NCBI RefSeq assembly: GCF_016432865.1
Contig: NC_067400.1
Location: forward strand, 264,802,001 to 264,866,000
Source: Antechinus flavipes
Taxonomy: Eukaryota
Direction: 5' to 3'
DNA length: 64,000 nt
This document shows positions 1 through 12,900 of the stretch, piece after piece. A program made the position numbers and the translations under genes. Under the pieces are notes generated by a model. That model made no database searches, was not told where the DNA came from, and saw only the letters and a program-made list of their open reading frames with translations. Positions within the stretch are counted from its first letter, which is position 1, and the number at the start of each line of letters is the position of its first letter.

Positions 1-1284
1 TGTTTCCTACCTTGATTAGCTCTGGAGGAAAGTTCAGTTTTAAAAGGGGCCATTAAAGAGGTGGCCATCTTTTTCTATCCATTGGCATTGCCCCTTTGAA
101 TTCAATGAAAGGAAACTCCTCCCTGTTACATAAGGGGATGATAAAGAGTAGGCAATCTGTTGCCTCTCTGGGTTCCATGAAGGAAAAACTTTTCTATATT
201 TTATAAAGGGATAACTGTGTATGCAGATTTTTATATTTTAACACATTAATTTTCATTGTGTCTATTATTCTGTGATTATATCAACTGATCTTGGTGGGGC
301 AGAGAAGGTTGGAGAATCAATTTGCCAGAGACCAACTACTCACTCCCATGCCATTCCCCCATTCCCTCCTCCTCCCTTCTCTGAGTTAAATATTTACTAT
401 TCTTAGAAAATCAACTGGGAAGATTTTGGCACATTTGTCTATAGTCTCTCATTTTGGATAACTCTAATCACTCAGAAATGCTAATACATTATACTTTTGA
501 GTTCCTTCTCCAATGTCTCTAAGCAAGATTAACATTCCTATCATTTCTACCAGGCCTACTACAACTAGTGGGCCTGGAGAATATGTTTTTCAACAAATAT
601 CTGGTTACACACAATTGAGTTACACTGCAAATAATGAAATGTATATGTCATCTGCAAAAATGCTGCCAATACTTTTGACACAATAGTATATGCATAATAC
701 TACATGTTAGAATATACACTATAAATGTATGTACATCAACAGTTTAATGTAAAATCTCATACAACCACATAGATATCAATATTTCACATTAATAAAATAT
801 GGTTTAAAGATGAAATACAAAGCATGTTGAAAATGTATAAATCCATCAGTTCTTTAATGTAGTTGCAGAAGTAACCAATTATCTCATTTTTCTTGAATAA
901 TCATAAATAAGTCTGTTTACAGACCAAATGATCCTGGCACTCTTGCCATCCCCTTCCATGATTATAGATAGTTGGTTATCACTATCCATAAGCCTATGAT
1001 TCTGGTACTAAGATTATGGATGACTCTGACTGACTATAAAAGTCTCCTATGGGTCATCACCTTAATCAGAAGTGATTCAAGTAAGGTAGTATATACTGAG
1101 AAATATTTTTCAGATATCATGTTATTGCTTATATTAGCTATCTGCTTCCTGATAATAGATATGACTGTGCATATCAAATGAAAAGGTCATTTGCTACTAG
1201 GATATAGCTGATGTTCTTGCTGATTCCTTTCAGAAACAGAAAACCCTTGTACATTGGCTTATATGTACATACAATATACATATA

Positions 1285-1436
1285 GAAGGTAGGTGACACA
1301 GAAGAAAGAATGCCAGTCTTGGAGTGAGGAAGATTTACTCAGAGTGACATAACTAATCTGAATCTAGCTTTGAATTGAGGTCCTCTTGACTCCAAGACTA
1401 GCTGCTCTATCCATTGGACCACCTAGCTATCCCACT
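1285..1436. mobile_element. Degraded MIR/CORE-SINE fragments (head-like piece joined to an antisense tail piece)
   Basis: Contains ccagtcttggagtgaggaaga and tttgaattgaggtcctcttgactccaag...ccacctagctatccc, matching tRNA-derived CORE-SINE head motifs in both orientations. Boundaries approximate. Confidence 0.5.
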
Positions 1437-2051
1437 TATTTTTTTTTTAATAAATTAAAACAGATTGTTTGAAATTTCTCCACTACTGTTAACTTCCCAT
1501 GTCTCATTATGGAACATAGGGAATCCTAAATCTCAAAGTGATGTTAATGTTGTACAAGTTCTAAAAGATTCTAAAAAGATGAAAAGACTTTATGTGTGAG
1601 CTTTACAACAGATTTATTTGAGAACCAGTCTAGCTAAGTTCAGAGATCATTACCAAATAGCCCAACTCCCTCATTTTTCCATGTGTGGAAAATGAGTTTC
1701 TGAGAGATACAATTCATCTTGCACCATGGGTATAGCCCAAGGCTCTCTGTCCTGGGTCTTCATTTCTTCTCTCTCTGCTGTCATCATCTCATATGAATTT
1801 AATGATCCCCTTCAATATGATGTCTCCTAGATCTATATAATCATTCTTGGTCCTTCTCCTGAGCTCTAGTCCTTTCTCATGAGCTTCCTATTGGAAATTT
1901 CCAACTAGATAGCCTGAAGGCTTTCTACATTTTCAAGATGTTTCAATTTGTTAGTTTTCATGATATCTATCAGGATATAAGCAAAAAGTAAATTTTAAAT
2001 TCTGTGTGATTATCTATAACTGTTCATGAATTATTTCCATTTTTAAGTTCT

Positions 2052-2082
2052 CACACACACACACACATACACACAAACACAC
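2052..2082. repeat. Imperfect (CA)n microsatellite
   Basis: cacacacacacacacatacacacaaacacac read directly. Confidence 0.9.
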
Positions 2083-2281
2083 TACCTTGTGGTAACCTCT
2101 TTATATATGCCCTTCCACATCTCTCTCTCTACCCACTCAAAACACCCAGAATTTCTCTCTTCTTCAACTTAAATGACAATAAACACACTTAATTTTAAAA
2201 AAAAGTAAAATTATTGTGATGAGATAGGGTGAGAAAGGAAGAAATAAAATATACCATATATGTTATATATTAGATTAATAT

Positions 2282-2303
2282 ATTGTCTAATATATTAGAC
2301 AAT
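2282..2303. repeat. Perfect 22-bp palindrome
   Basis: attgtctaatatattagacaat equals its own reverse complement. Confidence 0.95.
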
Positions 2304-2628
2304 GAGCTACTTGGAAAATTGTGAATTTTTTCTTTCACCTGAAAAATATTTCATAATCTTCTCAAAGTGCAAAATTTAAAAGACACCAGTTACAAATCTT
2401 CAAAAATAATTCCCAACTTTATCCTCATCACTGATGAGGCCTGAGGGAACAAGCTAATAAGACTAGTAAGGGTACTCAGGTACCTCTGCTTCTAGAAACT
2501 AAATGTCCTTGTAGTTGGTCCTTTAACAGGGCACATCTCCAATCTATGTCACTGTTTTCCCAGCTAGAGAAAGTGGCCATACCTTCAGACTTGGGAGAGA
2601 AACAGGAATTATAAGGTGCTATTGCAAA

Positions 2629-2873
2629 GTTAGTCAGTGACTTCATTCACTCTTTCTAACTGGAACCTCATTTGGAGTTTTCTTGGCAGAGATACTAAAA
2701 TGGTTTGCTATTTCCTTCTCCATCTCATTTTACAGATGAGGAAATTGAGGCAAACAGGATTAAGTGACTTGTCCAGGATCATACAGCTAGTAAGTATCTG
2801 AGGTTGGATTTGAACTCAGATCTCCCTGACTTCGAGTCTGGCACTCTATCTGCTGGCTCATCTAGCTGCCCCC
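2629..2873 (-). mobile_element. Mar1-type marsupial CORE-SINE (tRNA head + CORE + RTE/BovB-like tail)
   Basis: Antisense tail ttttcttggcagagatactaaaatggtttgctatttccttctcc, CORE ttttacagatgaggaaattgaggc and head ending tctagctgcccc. Confidence 0.85.
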
Positions 2874-3869
2874 TACTCAGTGACTTTCCATTGACCTGAG
2901 ATGTACACCAGTGCCCATGAATATCTCCTGAAAGTTCTTTCTTTTGGCCTCCTTAGTTGTGCAGAATGGATCTTGCATTTTACATTTTCTTCCTCCAGAG
3001 AACCCAAACAGCTTCAAGAGAATAATTACCATAAACCAATTGTGTTGTTCTCTGACCAGTGAAAATTGCTCCATTAATCAGACTAGCTTCCAAGCTTTCA
3101 ATTCCAGGAATTCTCGTTTTGGACTGGCAGGGCAGAACAGGGCCACAGATAAATTAGTCCTTGTGTTATTGCATGTGAAAAGGAATTGATTTAAGATATT
3201 TCCTTCTCTGGGCTGACAACTTATCTAAATAGTCCTTGCCTCAACAAGACAATTCACATACAATTTGTGTACCACAAGGCTATTACAAGTACAGAACTTT
3301 GAGCCCTGCTCCGTGTTCTCAAATTGACATAAAGTCTTACAAAAAAAAAAAAACAAAAAACAAAAACCTTCCTATTAATGGACTGTTTTTTTTTTTTTTT
3401 TATAAAGTTGATTACTAAAAACAGAGAATGTAGCATTGAGGAAGGTATCAGATAGAAAATAAAAACAGTTTTTAAAGAAATAGTATATTTCTTTTGTGAA
3501 TGGTATGTTGATTTATTGAATTATTTATTGATTTGGGAGAAATTTTGGAGTTTACTGATTGTTTGAAATTTTAGAGACATTCAAAATTTATCCATTTAAT
3601 ACAGGGAGAAAAGTAATTACTGATGTGTCATAATTCTTGGGGTCATCTTTCTGGTCTCTTTATTCCTGTCTCTATTAGTAATTTCCATTGACAATAATAA
3701 TAGTTCCTATTACATATTATAAGAATAGTTTTTTGAACCACTAATGTAGGTATCTTGCAGAGTAAGATCTAATATTCTTATCTAGGCTACTATAGGTTAA
3801 TCTAATCTACAAATTGCTCCTTCATGACTCAGGGAATCAAATATCAAATGTACACGGTGGCTGATAGAC

Positions 3870-4045
3870 GACAGTAACTGCTTGACCCTAAGCAAATCAC
3901 TGAATTCTCTTTGCCTCAGTTTCCTCATCTACAAAATGAGCTGGAGAAGGAAATGACAAACTACTCCAGCATACTTACCAAGAAAACCCAAAATGGGGTC
4001 ATGACGAGTATGACACAGATGAACAACAACACAAATAACAACAAA
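3870..4045 (+). mobile_element. Mar1-type CORE-SINE, 5'-degraded
   Basis: cctcagtttcctcatctacaaaatgagctggagaaggaaatgacaaactactccagc...atggggtcatgacgag...aacaacaac. Confidence 0.8.
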
Positions 4046-5323
4046 AATAAAAATTGCATGAATTTTTCTTAGCAGAGCTTCCTAAAGGAGCTAGCTACTA
4101 CTTTCCTATGAATATATAATTTAAAGTGAGGCATTCAAACTTTCTAGCTTCAATTTCTTTGTCTGAAAAATAAGAATGATAATATTTGCACTCACTACCT
4201 CATAAAGTTATCAGGAGAACAGTTTCCTATAAGTAGAATGTTAGGGAGGGCAGGAACCATTTTAACTTTTTTAACTTTGAACTATTTTTGTCTTTTGACC
4301 TACACTTATCATTGCATTTAGCACATAGGACTATGGGTACTTGCTGAATATTTTGAATTGGATTAGATTTAATTCTAAGCTTTACAATTCTGTAGATATG
4401 AAATATTATAAACGTTGCAAACAGTTTACATGAAATCCTTGCTCTTTTCTGGATGCCAGCAAGTTCCTACCTGCCTTGCTTGGACACTATTGCATAAAGA
4501 CAGGATTAATTTCATTGTAACATTTCGGTGAAGTTGCTAGGCTTTTTGTTTAACTCCGTTGGAGATTGTTTCTCTTTCCTTGCATGAATCATTTTATGAT
4601 GTTAAACCTGGCTATATTGCTCAAAAATCACAGTCCCATCCTAATCTCCCAAACTATATTCTCTTCCCTGCTCTCTCCATTTATGGTCTTTGAATACCTA
4701 TTTTGTCCTCTTGCTCACAGGACATCTTCCTGTTTACCAGACCTTATGTTTCTATTTATATGTTTCCGATCTGAAACCATTCTAATCTATGCAAGATTCA
4801 CCGTGAAAAACCTTGATCTTCATCAATTAATGAAAAAAGAAACTAAGGGAAATCTTCCTGTGAGCCATCCCAATAGCTACGCTTCAAGAAGAAACTTTTA
4901 TAAGAATCATTCAAAGAAATGTCTTAGGTCAATCATAATAAAGAGGAAACCGAGAGCCAGAGCTTCCCCAGGTCACACATCTAGATGTTAACAAAATCAG
5001 AACTGAAACCTTGGCAAAAAGTCCACTGCTAAGATTCTGCTAATGGAGTCTTATTAAAATCTGGAAAAAGCTATTGAGATGACTCTAGAATAGGAGTTCT
5101 CAACCTCAAATCCATAGCAAAACATTATGGGGAAATTTTAGGGAGTCCATGAACTCAAATGGGGAAAAAAATTTACATCTTTATATTTTACTAACCTTTA
5201 AGTAACATTTAGCATTTCCTTCAATTAAATATATAGGTAACAAAACATTATTCTGAGAAGAGGTTCATCTGCTTCATTAGATTATTAAAGGGCTCTAGGA
5301 CAAGGTTAAAAACTTCTGGATTA

Positions 5324-5659
5324 AACAGCTACACCCAAAGAAGGAACACTGGGAAACAAATGTGAACTATTTGCATTTTTGATTTTCTTCCCGAGTTATT
5401 TTTACCTTCTGAATCCAATTCTCCCTGTGCAACAGGAGAACTGTTCGATTCTGCAAATATGTATTGTATCTAGGATATACTGCTACATATTTAACATATA
5501 TAGGACTGCTTGCCATCTTGGGGGGGGGTGGAGGGAGGGAGGGGAAAAATCGAAACATAAGCGAGTGCAAGAGATAATGTTGTAAAAAATTACCCTGGCA
5601 TGGATTCTGTCAATACAAAGTTATTATTAAATAAAATTAAATTAAAATTTAAAAAAAAG
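5324..5659 (+). mobile_element. Young 5'-truncated L1 (3' UTR + A-rich tail) with 13-bp TSD
   Basis: TSD aacttctggatta at 5311-5323 and 5660-5672. G-rich polypurine tract at about 5520-5545. Sequence closely matches the L1 3' ends at 36300-36570, 49282-49435 and 55700-56010. Confidence 0.93.
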
Positions 5660-5902
5660 AACTTCTGGATTAGACAAAATAGTAAAGTTATTCATTTTAT
5701 TATCTAGGCCACCTTCATTCATCTCTTTGCCTTCTTGTAGTCATTTTGATTGAAGATTCTATGTTCCCTACATGTCTCATGCTTTCATACTTATGTTGGC
5801 ATGATGGCATTCATTTTGCTCCAGTACCCTTTGCTTTGTATATGTTCCATTTTTCTTGTCTCCTCAAAACTTGGAAGTATTCTTCTTAAAAGTGTTTGAC
5901 CT

Positions 5903-6045
5903 TGCAGGCAGCTAGATGATGCAGTGGAAAGAGCACCAGCCCTGAAGTCAGGAGGATCTGAGTTCAAGTCTGACCTCAGATACTTAACATTTCCTGGCTG
6001 TATGACCCTGGGCAAGTCACTTAACTTCAATTGCCTCAGTTTAAA
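5903..6045 (+). mobile_element. WSINE1-type short tRNA-derived SINE with 15-bp TSD
   Basis: A-box gatgcagtgg and B-box gagttcaagtc. TSD aaaagtgtt(t/c)gacct at 5888-5902 and 6046-6060. Confidence 0.9.
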
Positions 6046-7269
6046 AAAAGTGTTCGACCTCATACCACTGAGTCAAAGTCAACAATGAAAAAAAAAAATC
6101 AGCATTGAAAAACGATGAGGCTCATCTTCAGTTGTTAAGGTAGTAAAGAAGAATCAAGTAGAAGCAGATGCTTTCTCAAAATGAATCACATAATTGTATA
6201 GTTTTTTTTTTCACTTATCTTGAACAAATCAGAAAAGTGAAAAGAATTCACTTAGCTATCCCATTATGGTTTAATGAATTTTGTGATCCTTATTATGAAG
6301 ATTAGGACCAGTAAAATTAGTTCATATGATTGAAATAACACTCAGTTTTCTTTTTCTTAAGATATTTAGACAGATTTTCTTTCTTGGAAGTATAACAAGT
6401 GAATCCAAAGCCATGGATTTTCCAGAACTTTTGCTTAGAAGAGATGCATAAGAATGGAATTTAGGGTCTTCTTATTCCAAAGCTTAATTTTAGTAGCTCT
6501 TGAGCAGCACAACTCCCCTAGACATTCACTGACTTAGATTCAAATACCAGGATTTTAAAAGGCAGCTAATTTTTCCAGATCACTTGCTGCCACATCTTTT
6601 GGGAAAAACAACCACTACCACCTAGAAAAACCTAAAATTAATTAGAATCTATCTTTCTGATGGGTCACCATGATAACAGACCCAGGCAAAGAATAACATT
6701 GAAAAGGTAAAACATTTCGTCAGAACAGAAATTAATGTGAAAGAAACAAGAAAAACAATTATCAGCATATATTCTGTAGATATGTGAAATATTATAAATG
6801 CAGGAGATCATTTCCAAGGGCAGCCCATTTCCCCAAAATGGGAAGGTAAATGAGAAGAATCTCATTCACTTTCTCATGATCTACACTCCACCCTCTCCCC
6901 ATCAAAAAAAAAAAAAAAAAAAAAAAAAAAGTGGTTTTGGAAATAAACTCAGAAGGGTAGGGGAGAGGGGAGGCAGGAAAGGGAGAAGGAAAGGTTTGAA
7001 GATTTGAATGAATATAGAATTGGCATCAGTGCTTGAAAAGTGCCCCTGATAATATCTTCTTGTTTCTCTTGTTCTTAAATTTTACTCAGTTCCCAGTTTG
7101 ACAAAGCTCTGCTTATCTATCTCTTTATAGTTCAAACTCCAAAAGAGAACTCCATTCTTCATTCTCTTCCCAGAAATGCTCCACCTTCCCCTGCACCATC
7201 CTCACCCCCTCACATCATCCCTTATCCCTACTCACCCCTGTAAAATTAGCATGTGTCACACATATCTCA

Positions 7270-7490
7270 CCTGGGCAGATGGAGTCAGGAAAACTCATCT
7301 TCATGAGTTCAAATCCAGCCTCGGACACTTACTAGCTATGTTATTCTGGGAAAATATTTAATCCTGTTTGCCTCAGTTTTCCCATCTGTAAAATGAACTG
7401 GAGAAGGAAATGGCAAATCACATCAGTATCTTGTCAAGAAATTGGGTCGGGAAGACTCGGACATAACTGAAATGACTGAACAGCAACACA
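7270..7490 (+). mobile_element. Mar1-type CORE-SINE
   Basis: gagtcaggaaaactcatcttcatgagttcaaatcc head, CORE, and ggagaaggaaatggcaaa...gactgaacagcaac tail. Confidence 0.85.
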
Positions 7491-7569
7491 ATACATGACT
7501 TACAAAAATTGGACTTCGAGTACTGTTTCTTGCACTAAGTACTTCCTTATCAAGTAGAAGATATAGTTC

Positions 7570-8005
7570 CATAATCATGTGATCTTAGATCTATAGTTGG
7601 AAAGGACTTCAGAGTCCATTTAGTCTAATCCTCCTCATTTAAGGATTGAGATAAAGTCTCAAGGTCATATAGGTAATAAACATTAGAAGCAGGATATAAA
7701 TCCAGGTCCAAAGGCACTGAATATTCATCCTTCCCATTCCATCCCCCACCGCTACCCAAGGATCCATACAATTTTATCATAATTAATGTTATTATTTATT
7801 GTACAGTCATGTCTGACTCTTCATGATCCCATTTGGGATCTTCTTGGCAAAGATACTGGAATAATTTGCCACTTCTTTCTCCAGCTCATTTTATAGATAA
7901 GGAAACTGAGACAAACAGTATTAAATGATTTGCCCAGGGTCATATATGACTTCCTGAATATAACACCAGCACTCTATGTAACATGAAGCCACCTAGCTAT
8001 CCACC
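7570..8005 (-). mobile_element. MIR-like fragment (about 7570-7720) and Mar1-type SINE (about 7800-8005)
   Basis: gaaaggacttcagagtccatttagtctaatcc, then ttcttggcaaagatactggaataatttgccacttctttctccagctcattttatagataaggaaactgag. Confidence 0.75.
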
Positions 8006-8369
8006 ATAGTTAAGTGCAAATTACAATTTTGTAATAATAGTAAAGCAGATGGAATGGTATAGGAATGGAGTTCGGTTTCAAATTTTGACTCTAACACTAT
8101 CTCTGAGATGATTAATCATCTGTGTGATTGTGGGCAAATTAAGGAAACTCTATAGGCTTCAGGAATCTCCTAGAACTTCTCTACTAAGGCATAGATGAAT
8201 TGAGATCTGAAGATGGGGAGGGGGAGGGAAGGAAAGGATTCTTTATGCTGATGAAATCAGAAATTCTTTGTAAATTTGTCTGTTAATTGCAGTAAGAACT
8301 ACCATTTATATCACATTTTAAGGCTTAAATTTTAGTTACATTATCACATTTGTTTGTATAATTTAACGA

Positions 8370-8822
8370 TTTGGACTATCTTAAGAAGGAGAATTACACT
8401 GATGGATGTGGCTCTCTTCAACATTGAGATGATTCAAACCAGTTCCACTTGTGCACTGATGAAGAGAGCCATCTACACATAGAGAGAGGACTATAGGAAC
8501 AGAGTGTGGAACACAACATAGCATTCTCACTCTCTCTGTTGTTATTTACTTCCATTTTGTTTTCTTTCTCAGTTTTTTTCTTTTTCTTCCTTCTTGATCT
8601 GATTTTTCTTATACAACAAGATAACTGTATAAATATTTATACATATATTGGATCTAACATATATTTAACATCTATTGGACTACCTGCCAACTAGGAGAAG
8701 GGGTGGGAAGAAGAAGGAGAAATTTTGGAACAAAAGGTTATGCAAGGGTCAGTGTTGGAAGAATTTCCTATGCATATGATTTGTAAATAAAAAGCTTTAA
8801 TAAAAAATATTTTTTTTAAAAA
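8370..8822 (+). mobile_element. Older marsupial L1 3' end
   Basis: ctgatggatgtggctctcttcaacattgagatgattc...agagtgtggaacacaacatagcattctcactc...aataaaaagctttaataaaaaa tail. Paralogous to 24795-25265. Confidence 0.8.
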
Positions 8823-9299
8823 AGTAAAATTACAGTGACAGATGTCAACATGGGTAAAGAAAATAGATTTTTTTTATTCATGAAGCCAAACTGTTAAGTA
8901 AAGATTAGCAAATGTGCACAAAAATTGTTGACAGTCTAACTTCTTTTCTTCATTTTGAAGTTTCACATAAGACATCAAATGAAAATGTTTCAGGTGAAAG
9001 TAATATGATTACTTCCACCTAACAGAATATCCAGAATATTTGAAATATATATATTTTAGATATGTTCTCCAAAAGTGAAGATTAGAAATTTTCTAAGATT
9101 AGAAATTCATTGTTAAGCTAATAATCAGTAACATAATGATATTTTTTAAAATTCTCATTTTTGAGAATTAAGCAATTAACTGCTGATTCTTTGTTGTATT
9201 ATTACTAAGGTTAAAAACAAACTATAATAGCCTTTACATTTCTATCTGGCAATATAGCAAATATCCAAGTACTCTTCACTAGTCTTTTCAGGGAAACAG

Positions 9300-9470
9300 T
9301 GGTTAAAACACAGATACTTATTAGCGGTGTAAATTGGGCACATCACTTATCCCTGTTTGCCTCAGTTTTCTCATCTGTAAAATGAGCTAGAGAAGGAATG
9401 GGCAACCCACCCAGAATCTTTACCCAAAAACCCAAATGGGGTCCCAGTCAGATGCAATACAATAACAAGT
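9300..9470 (+). mobile_element. Mar1-type CORE-SINE fragment
   Basis: cctgtttgcctcagttttctcatctgtaaaatgagctagagaaggaatgggcaacc...aaatggggtc. Confidence 0.75.
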
Positions 9471-9879
9471 TTTCTTTCTCTCTTCCAGAGATATCTTGTT
9501 AATTCTCATCTTCATCCCGTTTGCTCATACTTTCTTTACCACATGGAATGAATGACTTCTTGCTTCTTTTCTGTCTAGCCAAATCCTCAACCCACTGAGA
9601 TTCAACGTGAGTCCAAATGGCTACAGATAACATTCCTCAAGGATTGTAGTTTATGTTGTTATTCCTTTCTCAAAATTCCTATAAAATCATTCATCAATGC
9701 GACTAATTTTGTTTTTGTATTATCATTTAATTGTTTCTTGCATGCCTATTTGTTCTCCAAAATGTTTTACATATGCATTTATGTTTTCTCCAATGGGGAT
9801 TTAAAATTCTTGAGTTTCAGTATCATCTCATATATCTTTCAGTGTCAAGTACTATAATATGCACATTCATATAGTTGTT

Positions 9880-10545
9880 TAGAGTCTTAAAAATCATTTT
9901 GCCCAACTCTCCTTTGATGCACTTAAGCCTCTCTATAATATCCCAGACTTGTGATTATCAAGCCTCAACTTGAACACCTGTAGTGACTAAGAGCTCCCTA
10001 TCTCAGCAAGAAGTTCAATGAACTTTTAAACAGCTATAATTATTAAAAAATTATTCCTTATATTAAGCCAAAATCTACCTCCCTGCAAATTTCATTAATT
10101 GGGCTTTGTTTTTCCCTTTGAAGCTATACAAAAGTGTTCAGTCTCCTTGCAAATTAAAACCTTTCAAATATTTGAAAACAACCACCACTATTTCCCTTCA
10201 TAGTTCATCCCACCCTAGCAAAGTTTTTCAACTCCAGGAAGATCACCACTTCTCTTAAGCAACAAAGTCTTCTTCATGTGTTATGATTTCATTGTGCTGA
10301 TCATCTTCTGAACATATTCCAGGTTTTTAATGTTCCTCTTAAAATATATGACCAAGAATAGAACATAATAGTCTGAGTGTAGTCTGAATATCATATAGTG
10401 AGATTTTTATCTCCATCACACCTCATATTTTTCCCATCTTTAGCCTGTACAAGTTGATTTTTTTGAACTTGACATAAGAACATACCATTTCTTCTTTTAA
10501 AATTTAACTTAGCTAGATTTGATCTATAGTTCTACTTAGATCCTG
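9880..10545 (-). mobile_element. CR1/L3 LINE fragments
   Basis: caagcctcaacttgaacacctgtagtgactaagagctcccta and ttaaaatatatgaccaagaatagaacataatagtctgagtgtagtctga are antisense to the CR1 3' ORF2 region (YCVQFW..HF motif, decayed). Confidence 0.6.
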
Positions 10546-10639
10546 ACTCATAACATCCAGAAAAAAATTATGACAAAAATAGGGACAATCTTGGGATTAT
10601 TTAAACTTTGAAGGATGATTCAACAACATTCCTTTATAG

Positions 10640-10890
10640 GACGGCCTTATGGTCAGACATTAGATATGGCCTGTACCTGTGATTTCATTGGTAAAGGCCA
10701 CTCAAAGATTAACACCTTCTGCCAATGCAGACCAGAACCTTTTCTGTAACGTGTACTTTTAGAAAATTATCCACAGCATGAAGAGTTATTACTTGCCTAG
10801 GGTAATTTAACCAGTTAGGTGTGTAAAAGGTCAGCTTTAAACCCAAGACTTTCTGGTTTCCTGGTTGGCTCTCTAGCCATATGTTACTCC
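10640..10890. mobile_element. Marsupial CORE-SINE (WALLSI/MIR3-Mars-like)
   Basis: tgtgatttcattggtaaagg...ctgccaatgcagaccagaacc...ttacttgcctagggtaatttaaccag. Related copies at about 8090-8260, 59225-59420 and 61560-61760. Family name uncertain. Confidence 0.55.
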
Positions 10891-11269
10891 ATCTCTTGGA
10901 TAATATCTTTCAACCCAAGACTTATTCTTTTCAGATTGGATCCTATGGCAATTGAGGAGTTAGAAAAGTTTGGAACAAACCAATGAGGACATAGTATTTG
11001 GAGCATATTTAGTGTTCTCTGCTTGCCTCACATCCATATGGAGATGATAAGCCCACTTCTGAAGTTGCATAATGGAAGGCTTGGCTCTTTACTGCAAAAT
11101 ACGTGCCATTACCACATTACTATTTTCTATCAGTTTACTGTGTAGTGATTAAAAAAACAAAACAAAAAAAAAAAAAACTTACTTACTTGTCATGTGGCTG
11201 TACACACATGGCACTTTTCTTTCTTTTCTCTCTATTGTCTTTATTCTTCATGATCCTCGGTAAATGGAT

Positions 11270-11880
11270 ATGAGATGATGATTTACTGAGCTTTGAAAGA
11301 TCAGAAAAACCACTAGAGATCCAACAATGAGAGTCCATAGAAGAGTCAGTCATAGCTGAAGCAGGGGAGCCCAGTAAAACAGTTCAGCTATGAGGAGTGA
11401 TTGATCCATACTAGTGGTAGATTGACCAGCAGTCAAGATATTATGTCCTGAAAGAAAGGGAATGATTTGTCTGTTAGCTTTTCAGCTAACTCAGACATGA
11501 ACTTGGTAGGATGAATATTTTGTAGATTGAGTCCATGCTCTCATCAAAGACTAATGTGATAAAGGAAAATGTGTTCCAGTTTAGGTTGATATTTTGGTAC
11601 TTTTGATCCTATTATATCTTCTCAGTAAATATTCTTTTGTAAAAAACTAATTGATGTCAATTAAATTGATATTGGGGGCTACTCACTGATTTGATCATAT
11701 TGAAGTAAATGATAAATTGATAGGGGGAGGAATATACAAATTAGGTTCTCATGAGCAAGAGTATAAGTAAAAGATGCCCCCAATTCCTCAAGATTGCTCC
11801 TAGAACTTTAAAGGATATAGTAGCCTTCCTTTGAGGACATGATATGCTGGTGTGAGTTAGGAAACTGAGTTCAGAGTATA
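11270..11880 (+). mobile_element. Possible very ancient L2-clade reverse-transcriptase relic
   Basis: Frameshifted translation gives DP..HRRVS, QL..IDPY, DKGKCVPV.VDILVLFD, IDIGATH.F and IPQDCS. The order matches L2 RT motifs (DP..NYRPIS, LDP.QSGF, LLDLSAAFD, LGIGG...WF, VPQGS). Many stops, match by eye only. Confidence 0.3.
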
Positions 11881-12009
11881 TGTGTACTGTAAAAAGTTTT
11901 TAAAAAGCAACATTGAGAAAATTTTGAGGTCTTATTTCTCAGAATAACTAATTATACAGGACCATAGCATACAAGCATTAATACAACCTATGGACATTTT
12001 TATGACTAA

Positions 12010-12335
12010 TTTTTAAAATTTATTTTATGCTAAATTATGGAATAAAACAAGCATTTCCAAAAATATAATAATTAAAAAGATGATTGCACATAAAACTACA
12101 AATCTACTATGTATAACTTGCTATTCCTTTTAAATATGTATCACTTAGCATGTTCATTTCTTTTTCTTTCCCTTTCTCCCCCTCCCTTCAAGAGATGGTC
12201 ACCATTAGACACAGACAAATATAGATGTACATATGGGTGTTTGAAATTATTCTATATATATATTTCTATTTATCAGTTCTTTCTTTCAATGCAGAAAATA
12301 TCTTTCTTCACATGTCCTTTATTTTATTTTTAATT
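12010..12335 (-). mobile_element. Old L1 3' UTR fragment, antisense
   Basis: ttttaaaatttattttatgc...gattgcacataaaactacaaatctactatgtataacttgctattcc; reverse complement resembles the plus-strand L1 tail at 13950-14185. Confidence 0.6.
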
Positions 12336-12654
12336 ATTATGAAAATGAACTATGGAAATAGCTTCAAGATTGTTTAAAATCTGGCCCATCAGAATGCATA
12401 CAGATAGACAAAAGTATGGTTGATTTCAAGAATTTTACCAAGTAATAATGAGGCTACCTTTAGAAAGAATCTCTTTGTTGGAAAGGATGGCCTTCTAGAA
12501 AGAATGAGGGGAGGAGATATAAGAAGAAATTTAAGTGATATAAAAACAAAAGCTATGAGCAATAGTGTATTTAAAAGAAATTTTTCCATAAGCTGCTTTG
12601 AACTCTCTTGATTGGCATGATAGCGTAATAATGATAATGATAATGATAATACAG

Positions 12655-12900
12655 TTTTTTATTATTTACTTGTTTTTACTTTTGTCCAACTCTTCATGAT
12701 TCCATTTGGAGTTGTCTTGGCAAAGATACTGGAGGGGTTACCATTTCCTTTTCCAGCTCATTGTACAGAAGAGGAAACTGAGGCAAACCGGTTTAGGTGA
12801 CTTGCCCAGGCTCACCCAACTGTAAGTGTTTAAGGCAGGATTTGAATTGAGAAGATGAGTTTTTGACCAGGTCCAGCTGTATCCACTGAGCCCCCTTGCT
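12655..12900 (-). mobile_element. Mar1-type CORE-SINE
   Basis: gtccaactcttcatgattccatttggagttgtcttggcaaagatactggagg...gaggaaactgaggcaaacc. Confidence 0.85.

Noticed and set aside
2901-3062. 53-aa ORF with an internal acceptor (ttttcttcctccag at 2998) ending NNYHKPIVLFSDQ*
   Set aside because: No recognisable host protein and no partner exons; at best a faint echo of LINE NYRPI motifs.
4566-4991. 141-aa ORF
   Set aside because: Non-ATG start, low-complexity hydrophobic content, runs into a MIR fragment.
5903-6045. tRNA-like A/B boxes read as a tRNA gene (also 14384 and 41525)
   Set aside because: These are SINE heads with CORE, A-tail and TSD; no cloverleaf.
11770-11830. PPIPQDCS as a filovirus VP35-like (IPRACQ) endogenous viral element
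   Set aside because: Similarity is limited to a few residues; surrounding motifs fit a LINE RT VPQGS context better.
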